IMG/VR virus record: IMGVR_UViG_3300042922_000911
Location: 1 to 64,000 of that record
Direction: 5' to 3' (one strand)
DNA from: a virus
DNA length: 64,000 bases
Shown here: positions 39,630 to 49,345 of the stretch, one piece after another
Layout: every line of letters starts with the position of its first letter
Numbering within the stretch: position 1 is the stretch's first letter
Notes under the pieces: generated by a model
Databases searched by the model: none
What the model saw: only the letters and a program-made list of their open reading frames with translations
What the model was told of the DNA's origin: nothing
Position numbers and translations under genes: made by a program

Positions 39630-42600
39630 ATGACCCGCATTATCAACGACCAGCCGGAAAACGAGCTGAACGAGCTTGAAGTCGCCTTCTCGGGCGATCG
39701 CGACCTCGGGGACTACGAGCTGCGCCGCATTCAGCACAACACCGACCAGAAAATCCGCCGGCTCGGCGATTCGATCTACCCCGAAGGCTTCATCACGCAG
39801 GGGCTCGAGGGCACGGTGCAGCTCGTAACGAACGTGCTGACCCGTTCTGACAACTTCACCCATGCCGACTGGACGAAGGCCAACGGCGCGACCGTCGCGG
39901 CCAACGTCGCGGCCGACCGCGCGGGCGAGCAGAAAATGTCGCGCCTGAACATGGCGGCGAGTGGCGACCCGTACCTCGAGTACGTCGTGAGCGCCGATCC
40001 TGCCACCGGCCGGATCGTCTTCCACCTGGACGCCAAGCTCGAAACGACCCCGCTGCTCAAGCTCTCGTTCTGGGATGGCGTCGAGGAAACCAGCGTCACC
40101 AGCTTCACCCTGACGAGCGAGATCACCCGCTACACGATCGCCAACGACGACGCCTGGACCGAGGACACCGACACGCTGACCGTGCGCGTGCGCGGCACCC
40201 TCGGCGGCACGGTCATTCTCGGCCGCGCCCAGGTCGAAGAGATCGAGGCCGGTCAGCCCCTCGTCGGCCATACCTACGTGCCGACGGCCGGCGCACCCGC
40301 ATCTGCCGAGGGCAACGTCGTCAGCTTCGCCGCGGGCGCGGCCTTCGCGGGTGCCCTGCCCCGACTGGTCGCGGCCCAGACCCTCACCTATGACCCGCTC
40401 AAGCTGACGGGCTCGGATACGGTGTACCTCGAGCTGGCCCAACTCTACATCGACGCCGAAGAGCATCGGCCCGACCTCGACCACCCGATCACCGGCTTCC
40501 CCGGCAACGATTCGGTGCGCGAATCGACGCAGCTCGTCACGACCGACACCACCAACCCGACGGTTCCCGTCGATCCGGTGGCTGAAAACCCGCAGTACCG
40601 CAGCAAGCTCGCGGTTCCCGTGTACCAGTTCAACCGCGACACGAACACGCTGACGCCTGTCGTGCTGCGGAACAACCTCGACATTTCCAAGATGAACGGC
40701 CTGCTCAACGGCCGGCGCATCGAAACGCAGACCGTGCCCGAAGACGCGCTCGACACGATCGCGACCGAGGGCCAGTACGGCTTGCTCGCGGCCCAGGCGC
40801 GGCGCATGTTCAACGCCACGGGCAATTACGTCAACTTCCGAAACAAGGGCGAGCGGCCGATCGTGCAGGACACGACCGACACCGAGGCCGTCACCCTCAA
40901 GATCAACCCGCTCGACGGCTACGCCTCGGGCCGCAGCTACTACCTGGAAGAGCCCATCTTCAAGACGCTCTCGCTCGAGGCCACCACCGAAGCGCGCGTG
41001 AACGAGGGCCATTCGTACCTGACGGCCACCGTGCCGCGCACCTACACCCTTTCCAAGTTCCCCGTCACCGACATTGACAGCCTTTCGGGCATCGTCGAGG
41101 TCGTCGATGCCGACGTGGTGAAGTCGGCCCTGCTGAACCCGCTCGATCCGATCTACACCGGCGGCGAAGAGCGGCCCATCTACCAGATCATCGAGGTCAA
41201 GCAGACCGTCGGCGAAACGACCACCGTGTTCGTCGCCGGCACCGACTACGTGCAGAACGGCGACTTCGTGGACTGGACGCCAGCGAGCGGCACGGCCGAG
41301 CCGGAAGCGGGCAGCACCTACAAGGTGACGTACCGCTACACGCGCACGTTCGGGGCTGACGAGTACAGCTTCAACGCGACCAGCGTCACGTTCCTCGGCG
41401 ACGGCACCGACCTCGCGCCGCTGCCGGTCAACAACACGCCCTTCCAGGTCGATTACCATTACGGGCTCTCGCGCCGCGATCTGATCTACTTGTCCAACCG
41501 CGGCACGGCCTCGGGCGGCTCTATTGGCGTGGTGACGGGCATCCCCCACTATGCCCCGGTCGCCCCGGCCGAGCCTGCGGGCACCATGCCCTTGTGGGAA
41601 GTCCTGGTGCCCTACGACAGCACCGCGATCAAGCTGACCGACCGTTACACGCCCGGTGTCTCGATGGCGGAAATGGTCAAGATGCAAAAACTGCTCTACT
41701 CGGCGCTTTACGACATTGCGACCCTCGCGGCGCACGTCAACTACAAGACCAAGAACACCGGCCTGAAAGAGGTTCAGACCGATCCGTTCATGAACGCTGA
41801 CCTGTTCGACACCAACGCCGCGTGGTTTGGCGAGCCGGGCGAGCTGGCCGCGCGCATCGACCTCGACACCGGCACGCTTCGCATGGCGCGCACGCGGGCC
41901 GAGGCGGTCTTGAACCTCGACACCAGCCGCTCGACGTGCGCGACGCGCGGCGCGTGGGCGGGCCTGCCTTTCGAGGACGTGGCGAAGGCCTCGCAGCTTC
42001 AATACAGCTCCCATGAGAGCGTCAACCCGTTCAGCTCGGTTGTGCTGCCGGTGATCCCGCCCATGATCACGCTCTCGGTCAGCGCCTTCCGCACGACCAA
42101 CAGCGGCCCGCGCGATCTCCAACGCTGGTTCACCTGGGCCGCGGACCGCACGACCCGTACCGAAGTCTTCATCCCCGAGGGTCAGGTCATTTTCGAGAAC
42201 GACGACGAGGGCTTCAACCGCTCGAGGCGCAACGGCCGCGACGTGCTGAGCCTGCGTTTCACCACCCGCGGCACCCGGTTCCTGCCCGGCGAGCTCGTCA
42301 CGATCCGCGTCGATGGCGTGAGCGTCGGCACGACCAACGCCGACGCCAGCGGCAACTTTGAGTTCACCGTCACCCGCGAGGCCGTCAGCCTGAGTGGCAT
42401 CGTGACGGCGACCGGCGAGGTGTCGGGCGTCGCGCGGGCGACCTTCAACATTCCTTTCCGCACGCAGCGCGTCGATCCGCAGGCGCAGACCTTCGTCTTC
42501 GACGTGAACGGCGATTGTACGGGCGTGGACCTGTTCTTCTTCTCCAAGGGCACCACCGAGCCGTGTATCGTCACGATGCGGCCCCTGACGGTCGGCCTGC

Positions 42601-43514
42601 CTTCCGAAGAGGTGCTTGCCATGCGCGTCTTGATGCCGTCTGAGGTCAAGACCGACGGCACCGCGACCCGCATCAACTGGCCCGAGCCGGTGCCGGTCGT
42701 CGGCGGCGAGAGCTACGTCGTGGTCGCGGCCTCCAATGACGACGCCTACCGCGTCTGGATGGCGCAGCTCGGGAAAGCCAACCTCGGCCCCGGCGGCGGC
42801 ATCATCACCAAGAACCCGTATGCCCCCGGCTCGCGCATTGCCTCGGGCGACGGCGTGACGTGGACGCCCTACCAGGACAGCGATCTTCGGTTCAACGCCT
42901 ACCAGGCGAAGTACGAGCCGACGGCAACCGCCTACTTCGACGCTTCCGACTTCTCGGGAAGCGGCGGCGTGACTGGCTTCCAGCTTCACGTTTTCCAGCG
43001 CATCGAAGAGGGCGCGGCCCTCACCTGGCAGTACAGCACCGACGAAGAGGCCACCTGGACGCCGTTCGACCCGGCCGAAGAGGTCAACTTGCCGATCGTG
43101 GCCGACACGCTGATCGTTCGCGCCATCATGACGAGCGATCCGGCCAACCGCTACGCGGGCGTCGGCATCAATCACGAATCGGTCGTCCTCGAAACCTTCA
43201 AGAACGCCACCAAGTCGAGCTATGTGACGCTCGAAAAGACGCTCGAGGAAACCACGACGAGCTGCAAGGGCTACGTGCGCTGCAACAAGCCCGTCAACAC
43301 GACCGTCACGCCCTACATGTCGAACGACGGCGGGGAAACGTGGATCGCGGGCGCGCTGGTGACTTCGCGCGGCATCACGCCGACGGTGACGGAGTACGAG
43401 TACACCTTCACCTTTGGCGGCGGCGACGACAAGCTGCGCGCCCGCCTCGACCTCGAAACGACCACGGCCGTTCGCGTGCCGTGGGTCGATGAGTGGTCGG
43501 CGGTCGTGCTGTAA
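39630..43514 (+). CDS. Large baseplate/receptor-binding protein (DUF4815-like)
   Basis: RLGDSIYPEG, DPFMN, VNPF, VDPQAQTF..GVDLFF, DLRF motifs. Confidence 0.75.
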   Translation: MTRIINDQPENELNELEVAFSGDRDLGDYELRRIQHNTDQKIRRLGDSIYPEGFITQGLEGTVQLVTNVLTRSDNFTHADWTKANGATVAANVAADRAGEQKMSRLNMAASGDPYLEYVVSADPATGRIVFHLDAKLETTPLLKLSFWDGVEETSVTSFTLTSEITRYTIANDDAWTEDTDTLTVRVRGTLGGTVILGRAQVEEIEAGQPLVGHTYVPTAGAPASAEGNVVSFAAGAAFAGALPRLVAAQTLTYDPLKLTGSDTVYLELAQLYIDAEEHRPDLDHPITGFPGNDSVRESTQLVTTDTTNPTVPVDPVAENPQYRSKLAVPVYQFNRDTNTLTPVVLRNNLDISKMNGLLNGRRIETQTVPEDALDTIATEGQYGLLAAQARRMFNATGNYVNFRNKGERPIVQDTTDTEAVTLKINPLDGYASGRSYYLEEPIFKTLSLEATTEARVNEGHSYLTATVPRTYTLSKFPVTDIDSLSGIVEVVDADVVKSALLNPLDPIYTGGEERPIYQIIEVKQTVGETTTVFVAGTDYVQNGDFVDWTPASGTAEPEAGSTYKVTYRYTRTFGADEYSFNATSVTFLGDGTDLAPLPVNNTPFQVDYHYGLSRRDLIYLSNRGTASGGSIGVVTGIPHYAPVAPAEPAGTMPLWEVLVPYDSTAIKLTDRYTPGVSMAEMVKMQKLLYSALYDIATLAAHVNYKTKNTGLKEVQTDPFMNADLFDTNAAWFGEPGELAARIDLDTGTLRMARTRAEAVLNLDTSRSTCATRGAWAGLPFEDVAKASQLQYSSHESVNPFSSVVLPVIPPMITLSVSAFRTTNSGPRDLQRWFTWAADRTTRTEVFIPEGQVIFENDDEGFNRSRRNGRDVLSLRFTTRGTRFLPGELVTIRVDGVSVGTTNADASGNFEFTVTREAVSLSGIVTATGEVSGVARATFNIPFRTQRVDPQAQTFVFDVNGDCTGVDLFFFSKGTTEPCIVTMRPLTVGLPSEEVLAMRVLMPSEVKTDGTATRINWPEPVPVVGGESYVVVAASNDDAYRVWMAQLGKANLGPGGGIITKNPYAPGSRIASGDGVTWTPYQDSDLRFNAYQAKYEPTATAYFDASDFSGSGGVTGFQLHVFQRIEEGAALTWQYSTDEEATWTPFDPAEEVNLPIVADTLIVRAIMTSDPANRYAGVGINHESVVLETFKNATKSSYVTLEKTLEETTTSCKGYVRCNKPVNTTVTPYMSNDGGETWIAGALVTSRGITPTVTEYEYTFTFGGGDDKLRARLDLETTTAVRVPWVDEWSAVVL

Positions 43515-43527
43515 GGGGGGGCGCGTC

Positions 43528-43926
43528 ATGAGCGAGTGCCCAATCGTCGTCACCAACTACGAGCCGGCGGCCGTCACGCCGCCGGTTCTCCCCGTCGGCT
43601 ACACCGAGCTCGTCGGCATCCTGCGCGACGGCGCGGGCGATCCGATTACGGGCCTGCTCCTGGTCGAGGTGCCCTTCGCCATGAAGACGACCGAGCCCGC
43701 TTTGATCCCGCCGGGCTCGTTCAGCATCTTCCTCGTCGATGGCGTGCCCTGCAAGGGGCAGGAAGGCACCTCGCCGGCCTGGTTGCCCATCACGGCCACG
43801 GCCACCCCGCAGAACAGCTATTTGAAGCTCAAGGTTCGGTTCAAGCACGGGGCCGAAAAGGACCTCGGCCGCGTGCTGGTGCCCGACGCCCCCGAAACCA
43901 ATATCGCCGCGATCGTCGGCGTTTAG
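43528..43926 (+). CDS. Hypothetical virion protein
   Basis: ORF following the large tail protein. Confidence 0.55.
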   Translation: MSECPIVVTNYEPAAVTPPVLPVGYTELVGILRDGAGDPITGLLLVEVPFAMKTTEPALIPPGSFSIFLVDGVPCKGQEGTSPAWLPITATATPQNSYLKLKVRFKHGAEKDLGRVLVPDAPETNIAAIVGV

Positions 43927-43941
43927 AAAGAGAGCTGCCCC

Positions 43942-44430
43942 ATGAGCATCATTGAAACGGTCACGACGGCCGTGCAGGGCCTTTCGGGGTTCCCGCCTTT
44001 CCTCGGCCTGATGGCGCTCGCCGCGCTCGACACCGCCGTTCTCGTCTGGGCCGCGTGGCACGCCCATGAGCTCGACAACACCGAGATCACCGACGGCATG
44101 CAGAAGTTCGCGCTGGTCGTGGGCGTCTTCATCCTCGGCCAGTCGCTCGTCACGACCTCGCCCATGCTCGCGTTCTTCGTCGATCCGCTTTACGCGGCGG
44201 CGGCCGTGAACGAGGTGCTGTCGATCCTCAAGAACGTGCGCCTGGGGCTCGAGGCCCAAGGGAAGCCCGTGCCGATCTTCGTGGGCGTGCTGACCGGCAG
44301 GCTCTCGCAGTTCCAAGAAGGCTTGCTGCCCGCCGACTTCGCGGCCGCCGCGGCGACGCCCGGCCCCACAGCGCCCCCGGCGATCGCCGCCGACCCTGTT
44401 ACACAGGAAGGGCACGACCAGGGCGAATGA
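43942..44430 (+). CDS. Holin (TcdE/holin-4-like)
   Basis: Hydrophobic helices; NEVLSILKN..PVP motif; precedes the amidase. Confidence 0.75.
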   Translation: MSIIETVTTAVQGLSGFPPFLGLMALAALDTAVLVWAAWHAHELDNTEITDGMQKFALVVGVFILGQSLVTTSPMLAFFVDPLYAAAAVNEVLSILKNVRLGLEAQGKPVPIFVGVLTGRLSQFQEGLLPADFAAAAATPGPTAPPAIAADPVTQEGHDQGE

Positions 44431-44552
44431 CCGGGCTTCCTGTGTAACACCCGAGAGCGTTACACAGGAAGCCGACCCCGACCCCGCATTACACAGGAAA
44501 CCCCCGACGCTCGCCGCAAAGACGCCCCCGGCTCGTTACACAGGAGCCGCAC

Positions 44553-45269
44553 ATGACCACCTCGAAAGCCGCCAAGGCCACGACCCCCGCGCCGTTCTCG
44601 CTCGCCACTGACCTGACCGACGAGTTCGCCAAGGGCGTTCAAAACGTCGTCTGGAACGGCGACACGCTGAACCTCAAGCACTCCAACGACCAGAAGGGCA
44701 TGGCCACGGGCAAGATCCTCGGGCTGTACTTCCACTGGCCGGTGACGGACTACAACGACATTTACAACAGCTACCACCTGGGCGTGCCCTACTTCCCGAA
44801 GCACGACAAGGCGGGTCTGACCAAGAACCTCAACTTCTCGCAGCTCGGCAAGCAGCTCTGGAAGCGCAACACCGGCCACATCGGCATGAGCCTGTGCGGC
44901 ATGTGGGATGCCTCGATGGGGCCTGACGGCAAGCTGCACGCCGGGCCGTTCCCGCTGAAAGACGCTCAGCTCAAGGTCGCCGCGCGCGCCGGCGCGGAGT
45001 TCTGCATTCTGCACGGCATCGACCCGCGCGGCAGCCACCAGGCCCCCGAGTACGCCTACAAGGGCGGGGCGCTCGTTCCGACGGGCAAGACCATCTGGAT
45101 TCCCAACGTGACCGATCACGCCTGGTTCGGCAAGCGCGACGGGTACGGGTCGTGGGATTGCGGCCCCTACACGCCCATCATCTTGCAGCAGCTCTTCAAG
45201 GACTACGACGAGCTCAAGAAGACCCCCGAGGCCGATCGGAAGTTCCTGTACCGGGAGCTTCTGAAATGA
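44553..45269 (+). CDS. Endolysin, N-acetylmuramoyl-L-alanine amidase (Amidase_2-like)
   Basis: YFHW..YHL..WKRNTGHIGMSLCG..TDHA..WDC. Confidence 0.7.
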   Translation: MTTSKAAKATTPAPFSLATDLTDEFAKGVQNVVWNGDTLNLKHSNDQKGMATGKILGLYFHWPVTDYNDIYNSYHLGVPYFPKHDKAGLTKNLNFSQLGKQLWKRNTGHIGMSLCGMWDASMGPDGKLHAGPFPLKDAQLKVAARAGAEFCILHGIDPRGSHQAPEYAYKGGALVPTGKTIWIPNVTDHAWFGKRDGYGSWDCGPYTPIILQQLFKDYDELKKTPEADRKFLYRELLK

Positions 45270-45976
45270 GCGCGCTCGACGAGCTCAAGCGCGCCCGGCT
45301 GACCTCGGTTCTGATCGTCGCGGCCTTCCTCGTCGGCCTGGTCGTCGCCTCGCTGGTCAAGTGCCATCTGCCACCGCCCGGCGATCGCCAGCCCCTTCGC
45401 CCCCTGCCCGCTGTGACCGACGGCCCCGCGCCGTCGGCCACGCCCCCCGCGGCCACCGCGACGGCGGCCGTCAAGACAAGGGTCGTGATCGAGCGGCCCG
45501 TGCCCCGGCCGGTTTCCTGTGTAACAAGCATCCCGCAGAATGTTACACAGGAAGCCTCGAGCGGGGCGCACCTCCCCGACCCGGCGATCGCCCCCGGTGC
45601 GTCGGGCATCCTCGCTCAGCCGCTCGAGGTGGAACGCATCATCATCGAAACCGAGGGCATCAGCACGGCCGTCGCCCCGGTGCCGACCCCGCCTCCCCCT
45701 GTGTACGTTACAACGGATGCCCGGCCGGGTGCCTTCGGCGTCCTGGTCGGCACCATGCCGGGTGTCGTGGCGCTCGACTACCAGTTCGCTCGAGGCGAGC
45801 TTTTGGGGCACACCATCGGGGCCTCAACAATCGTTAACGGGCGAATGTTGGGCGTCGGTGGCGGAATTTCCCTAGTCGAAATCCACGACCGTTTATACTT
45901 GGGCGCAGGCGCATACCAAGAGTATAAGCTGATTCCCGACCCTGGCCTGTACATCGGGGCGGGGTGGCGTTTTTAG
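45266..45976 (+). CDS. Membrane-anchored lysis-cassette protein (spanin-like candidate)
   Basis: N-terminal TM helix, Pro/Thr-rich linker, C-terminal amphipathic strands ending YIGAGWRF. Confidence 0.6.
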   Translation: MSALDELKRARLTSVLIVAAFLVGLVVASLVKCHLPPPGDRQPLRPLPAVTDGPAPSATPPAATATAAVKTRVVIERPVPRPVSCVTSIPQNVTQEASSGAHLPDPAIAPGASGILAQPLEVERIIIETEGISTAVAPVPTPPPPVYVTTDARPGAFGVLVGTMPGVVALDYQFARGELLGHTIGASTIVNGRMLGVGGGISLVEIHDRLYLGAGAYQEYKLIPDPGLYIGAGWRF

Positions 45977-45989
45977 AAGGGGGCCTCCC

Positions 45990-46385
45990 ATGGCGAACGA
46001 GAAGAAGTACGACCCGATCCTCGCTATCTGCGGCTTGGGCGGCGGCCACATGGAAGCCACCATTCAGGGCAAGCGCGCGCTCTTGTCGGTCGTCAACGGC
46101 GATCGCGTGAGCCTGAACGTCGAGGGCACCGTGCCGGCCGATTCGGCCCCGGCGACCTTCCGCCTGGTCGAGGGCGTTCGCACGCTCTCGGTTGTCTCGA
46201 CGGTCGAGGCCTTCGTCGCCCCCTACGAAGAGAACGTGGGCACGCCAGCGGCCGGGGCCGTCCACGGCGAGCGGTTCCACTTGCAGGCCGGCGTGCGCCG
46301 CGAGCTGCCGTGGGGCACCAACACGATCGCGGTTCAGGCCGTTGGCGCTGTGGCGGGCAAGGTCTACGCCGAAGGTCGCCTGTAA
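45990..46385 (+). CDS. Hypothetical protein
   Basis: ORF with SD. Confidence 0.6.
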   Translation: MANEKKYDPILAICGLGGGHMEATIQGKRALLSVVNGDRVSLNVEGTVPADSAPATFRLVEGVRTLSVVSTVEAFVAPYEENVGTPAAGAVHGERFHLQAGVRRELPWGTNTIAVQAVGAVAGKVYAEGRL

Positions 46386-46879
46386 TGCCGGGGCCGATTG
46401 CGCCCGGCGGCGCGGCCCTTTCGGAGATCACGCCCTACGTTCTGGCCGTCTACGGCCTGATCGGGGGCTTGTTCGTTTTCATCTTCAACGAGCAGAAGAA
46501 GCGAATCGACACGGCCGAGGCCAAGATCACGACGATCGAGCGCGACGCCACCGACAAGCGCGACGCGCTGCGCCGGGAGCTGCGCGACGAGCATGACAAG
46601 TTCACCGCCAAGCAGGCCACGGAACACAAGGAGCTGATCGCCAAGGTCGAGAAGGACCGCAAGGAGCTTGAAGAGAAGCTGGACAGCCACATGAAGACCG
46701 TTGTCGAGCGGCTGGACGGCATCAAGGAAAGCATGAACACCTGGGCGATCAACCTGACGCGCGACTACGTGACCCGCCAGGAGTTCCGCGAGCTGATCGC
46801 CGTGGTTCCTCGGGCCGCTGGCGGCCACGCGCAACCCGGTCATACCGGCCCGCTCCCCGGATCTGGCCATGGGACCTAA
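46385..46879 (+). CDS. TM plus coiled-coil protein (holin/antiholin-like)
   Basis: One TM helix followed by a charged heptad region ending YVTRQEF. Confidence 0.6.
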   Translation: MPGPIAPGGAALSEITPYVLAVYGLIGGLFVFIFNEQKKRIDTAEAKITTIERDATDKRDALRRELRDEHDKFTAKQATEHKELIAKVEKDRKELEEKLDSHMKTVVERLDGIKESMNTWAINLTRDYVTRQEFRELIAVVPRAAGGHAQPGHTGPLPGSGHGT

Positions 46880-47357
46880 AAACGAAGAGCAAATTTACAC
46901 CGACATTCAAACCAGGCTGGTGCGCTTTTTTGTCGAGGGCGTGCCGCAGGCGTTCACCCGTCAGATCGCGGTGAACGCCGCTCTTCGTGCGTCTGGGCGC
47001 TCAAAGGCGCGTGGCTCGGCCATCCCGGCAAAGCTTCGGGAGTGGCGCGACACCATCCAGCTCTTGTACCTCGCGGCCGTCATGGAGGCAGATCCGAAGT
47101 ATGAAGCGTTCCCGCGAAGTGGCGAGTTTACAGGCCCCGTCGAGTTAAGCATTGTAATCTGGGGGAGCCAGGCCGACGGCACCAACGTCCTGAAAGAGAT
47201 CGAGGACGCGCTGAATTTTGTTGCGTACCCTGACGATAGGGTTATTGTTAAGGGGGGCTTCGCTTTCGGCGACCGTATGCTATCAGAACGAGGGGGTTTG
47301 TTGCGTAATGTAACATGTGTGCGGCAAGGCGTTGACATATCGGTTCAGTTTCGGTGA
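46869..47357 (+). CDS. rusA: RusA-like Holliday junction resolvase
   Basis: FFVEGVP..GPVELSI..DGTNVLKEIEDAL..YPDDRVI. Confidence 0.75.
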   Translation: MGPKNEEQIYTDIQTRLVRFFVEGVPQAFTRQIAVNAALRASGRSKARGSAIPAKLREWRDTIQLLYLAAVMEADPKYEAFPRSGEFTGPVELSIVIWGSQADGTNVLKEIEDALNFVAYPDDRVIVKGGFAFGDRMLSERGGLLRNVTCVRQGVDISVQFR

Positions 47358-47361
47358 TAGT
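47332..47361 (+). promoter_or_regulatory. Sigma70-type promoter candidate for the replication operon/ncRNA
   Basis: TTGACA-N18-GATAGT in an AT-rich region. Confidence 0.5.
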
Positions 47362-47482
47362 AACAGTGTGGCAACGGTTGCTCGTTACCGAATCAGTATT
47401 TACAACGGTTTACGCACCAAGTTAGTGACAAAAAAAGGAGCCGACCTTCGTCTGCCCCTTTCGGAATGACCAGTTTGGTGTT

Positions 47483-47662
47483 AGCTTTGGTTTACCTTGA
47501 ACAAATAAAGAAGCCCCCCGCATCGGCCCCTTAAACCTGACGCGGGAGACTTCTTCGGAAAAGGCCACCACAAACCCATTCGGTGCAGGATCTAGCGCAA
47601 GCTAGGTTCAGCCTCGGACGGCTTTGTGTTGGTTAAACCACAGATCAAGGTATACCACGGCT
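47483..47662 (+). ncRNA. Candidate structured RNA (~180 nt rod with internal bubble)
   Basis: Nested complementary stems with G-U pairs and a terminal GCAA tetraloop. Confidence 0.5.
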
Positions 47663-47729
47663 TCGCGCCAAATTCAACCGTCGATTCAACGAAAAGCCGG
47701 GGGGCGGCCCCCCGTAAGGAGTTCGGAAG

Positions 47730-48047
47730 ATGGCAGATTCGCAAGCGAGCAACCAGGCCTCGGGCAGTTTCGCCCAGGTCAGCAACGAGTTCCTTGCCGC
47801 GCTGATGAGCGTGCAGTTCACCGCCCGTGAGCTGCGCGTCATGCTCTACTGCGTGCGCCAAGGCGGGTACGACAATGACAAGCTCCGGCTGTGTCAGGCA
47901 ACCTCCCTGTTTCCCCACAACGCCAAGTCCACCATCGACCGGCTGGTGAAGGGGCGCGTACTGGTCGCCAACGGCAACCGCTACGACCTCAACACCGACC
48001 CCTCGACGTGGGCGCTCGACGTGGTGAAGGCAAGCAGGTCCGCATGA
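47730..48047 (+). CDS. Stand-alone phage replication protein O N-terminal-like domain
   Basis: FAQVSNEFLAALMSVQFTARELRVMLYCVRQ..YDLNTDPSTW. Confidence 0.65.
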   Translation: MADSQASNQASGSFAQVSNEFLAALMSVQFTARELRVMLYCVRQGGYDNDKLRLCQATSLFPHNAKSTIDRLVKGRVLVANGNRYDLNTDPSTWALDVVKASRSA

Positions 48048-49345
48048 CCGAGCCCCGCTCGCCGGGGCCGCAACGAGAGGACGGATTCACCCCGGTCACA
48101 CACCATTTGCTTGAGCTTTGGTGCATGCTCGGCCTCACGTCGCGACAGTGGCCGATCCTGATCCACGTCTGCCGGATCACCTACGGGTGGGACAAGACGG
48201 AGCGGGTCACGGATCTGTACTCGATCGCGGCCGCCGTGAACCAGAAGCCCGACAAGGTGAAAGACACCCTCGCCGTCATGGCCGAAGGGCGTCTGCTCGA
48301 CCTGGACGGCGTTCCCTACCGTCGCAACACCTTCACCATCGGCATCAACAAGCACTATCCCGAATGGCGAGGCGACTTTGAGCTGCCTCGGCCGGTTCTG
48401 CTGCGCTACGCAGCCGAAGACGGCTACATGCTCGGCGACACGATCCTCAGTCGGCCCGTCGAGCAAACTCCCCAAAATGGGGAGTTTGAAAGTCCCCAAA
48501 ATGGGGAGTTTGCCGCCGATCGCCCTCAAAGCGTGACGGCAAGCGCCTCGGCGGAAAGTCCCCAAAATGGGGAGTTTACTCCCCAAACCGGGGAGTTCCA
48601 AAGTCCCCAAAATGGGGAGTTTGAAAGTCCCCAAAATGGGGAGTTCCTGAAAACCGAAGTCACCAGCCGCATTGCCGGAAGTCCCCAAAATGGGGAGTTT
48701 GAAAGTCCCCAAAATGGGGAGTTTGAAAGTCCCCAAAATGGGGAGTTTGGTGACGGCAAACCCGCTGATAGTGCGGGTTCCAGCTCGCCTAAAGAAAGGT
48801 ACTTAGTAAGTAGTAACCATCATGGCGACGGCGATCGCCTTTCAGGCGCGGGCGATCTCGCGCATGCGGGCGATCCCGCGCATGAGGGAGGCCCGGCGAT
48901 CGGTCCTAATGGAGCTTGGGCCAAGGAGGGCTATTCACTTTCAGGCCAACCGGAACCCCCCACCCCCCTACCCCCCGCCCCCCTGGTCGGCTGGAAGCGG
49001 CTGTGCGAGGTTTTCGCGAAGCTTCACGAACGCGGCCCCTACCCGATCGACCCGCATCAAGCCGAGCTGCGTGCGACGTGCGTCGAGTACGAGGTCACGG
49101 GCGACGAGTTCGCCGACGTGCTGGAAGCGTGGGCCGCGAAGCGGCGGGAGCGGCGGGCGGATACCCGCATCGGCTCGCCGGAATTGGCGAAGCGGATTCT
49201 TCGCGACGTGTTGAATGAGCGTGCTGCGAAAGCGCAGCGCGAGGCGAACGGCACCGAGAGGGTGCCGGGCAATAGGCTCACCGCCGAAGACTTCAAGGCT
49301 CGCGCCTTGGAGAAGAAGCGGCGGGCGAAGGAGGGATTGGCATGA
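48044..49345 (+). CDS. Lambda O-like replication initiator
   Basis: EDGFTPV..LTSRQWPIL..RITYGWDK..GINKHYPEW; internal iterons. Confidence 0.85.
   Translation: MTEPRSPGPQREDGFTPVTHHLLELWCMLGLTSRQWPILIHVCRITYGWDKTERVTDLYSIAAAVNQKPDKVKDTLAVMAEGRLLDLDGVPYRRNTFTIGINKHYPEWRGDFELPRPVLLRYAAEDGYMLGDTILSRPVEQTPQNGEFESPQNGEFAADRPQSVTASASAESPQNGEFTPQTGEFQSPQNGEFESPQNGEFLKTEVTSRIAGSPQNGEFESPQNGEFESPQNGEFGDGKPADSAGSSSPKERYLVSSNHHGDGDRLSGAGDLAHAGDPAHEGGPAIGPNGAWAKEGYSLSGQPEPPTPLPPAPLVGWKRLCEVFAKLHERGPYPIDPHQAELRATCVEYEVTGDEFADVLEAWAAKRRERRADTRIGSPELAKRILRDVLNERAAKAQREANGTERVPGNRLTAEDFKARALEKKRRAKEGLA
48466..48748 (+). repeat. Origin iterons (9 copies of TCCCCAAAATGGGGAGTT, one variant)
   Basis: Palindromic unit CTCCCCA-AAA-TGGGGAG, 24-bp period within clusters; AT-rich tract at about 48790-48818. 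Confidence 0.85.

Noticed and set aside
13730-43556. Very long antisense ORFs (e.g. 13730-16717, 22407-26204, 31939-37680, 39609-43556)
   Set aside because: Shadow ORFs caused by high-GC codon bias opposite well-supported genes
12175-43926. Tailocin, eCIS or T6SS locus
   Set aside because: Capsid, protease, neck and replication genes indicate a bona fide phage
44398-44545. Clustered TTACACAGG copies as a CRISPR mini-array
   Set aside because: The repeat is only 9-11 bp, spacing and orientation are irregular, and no cas genes are present
48466-48748. 24-bp repeats as a CRISPR array
   Set aside because: Directly tandem without unique spacers and inside the initiator CDS; better explained as iterons
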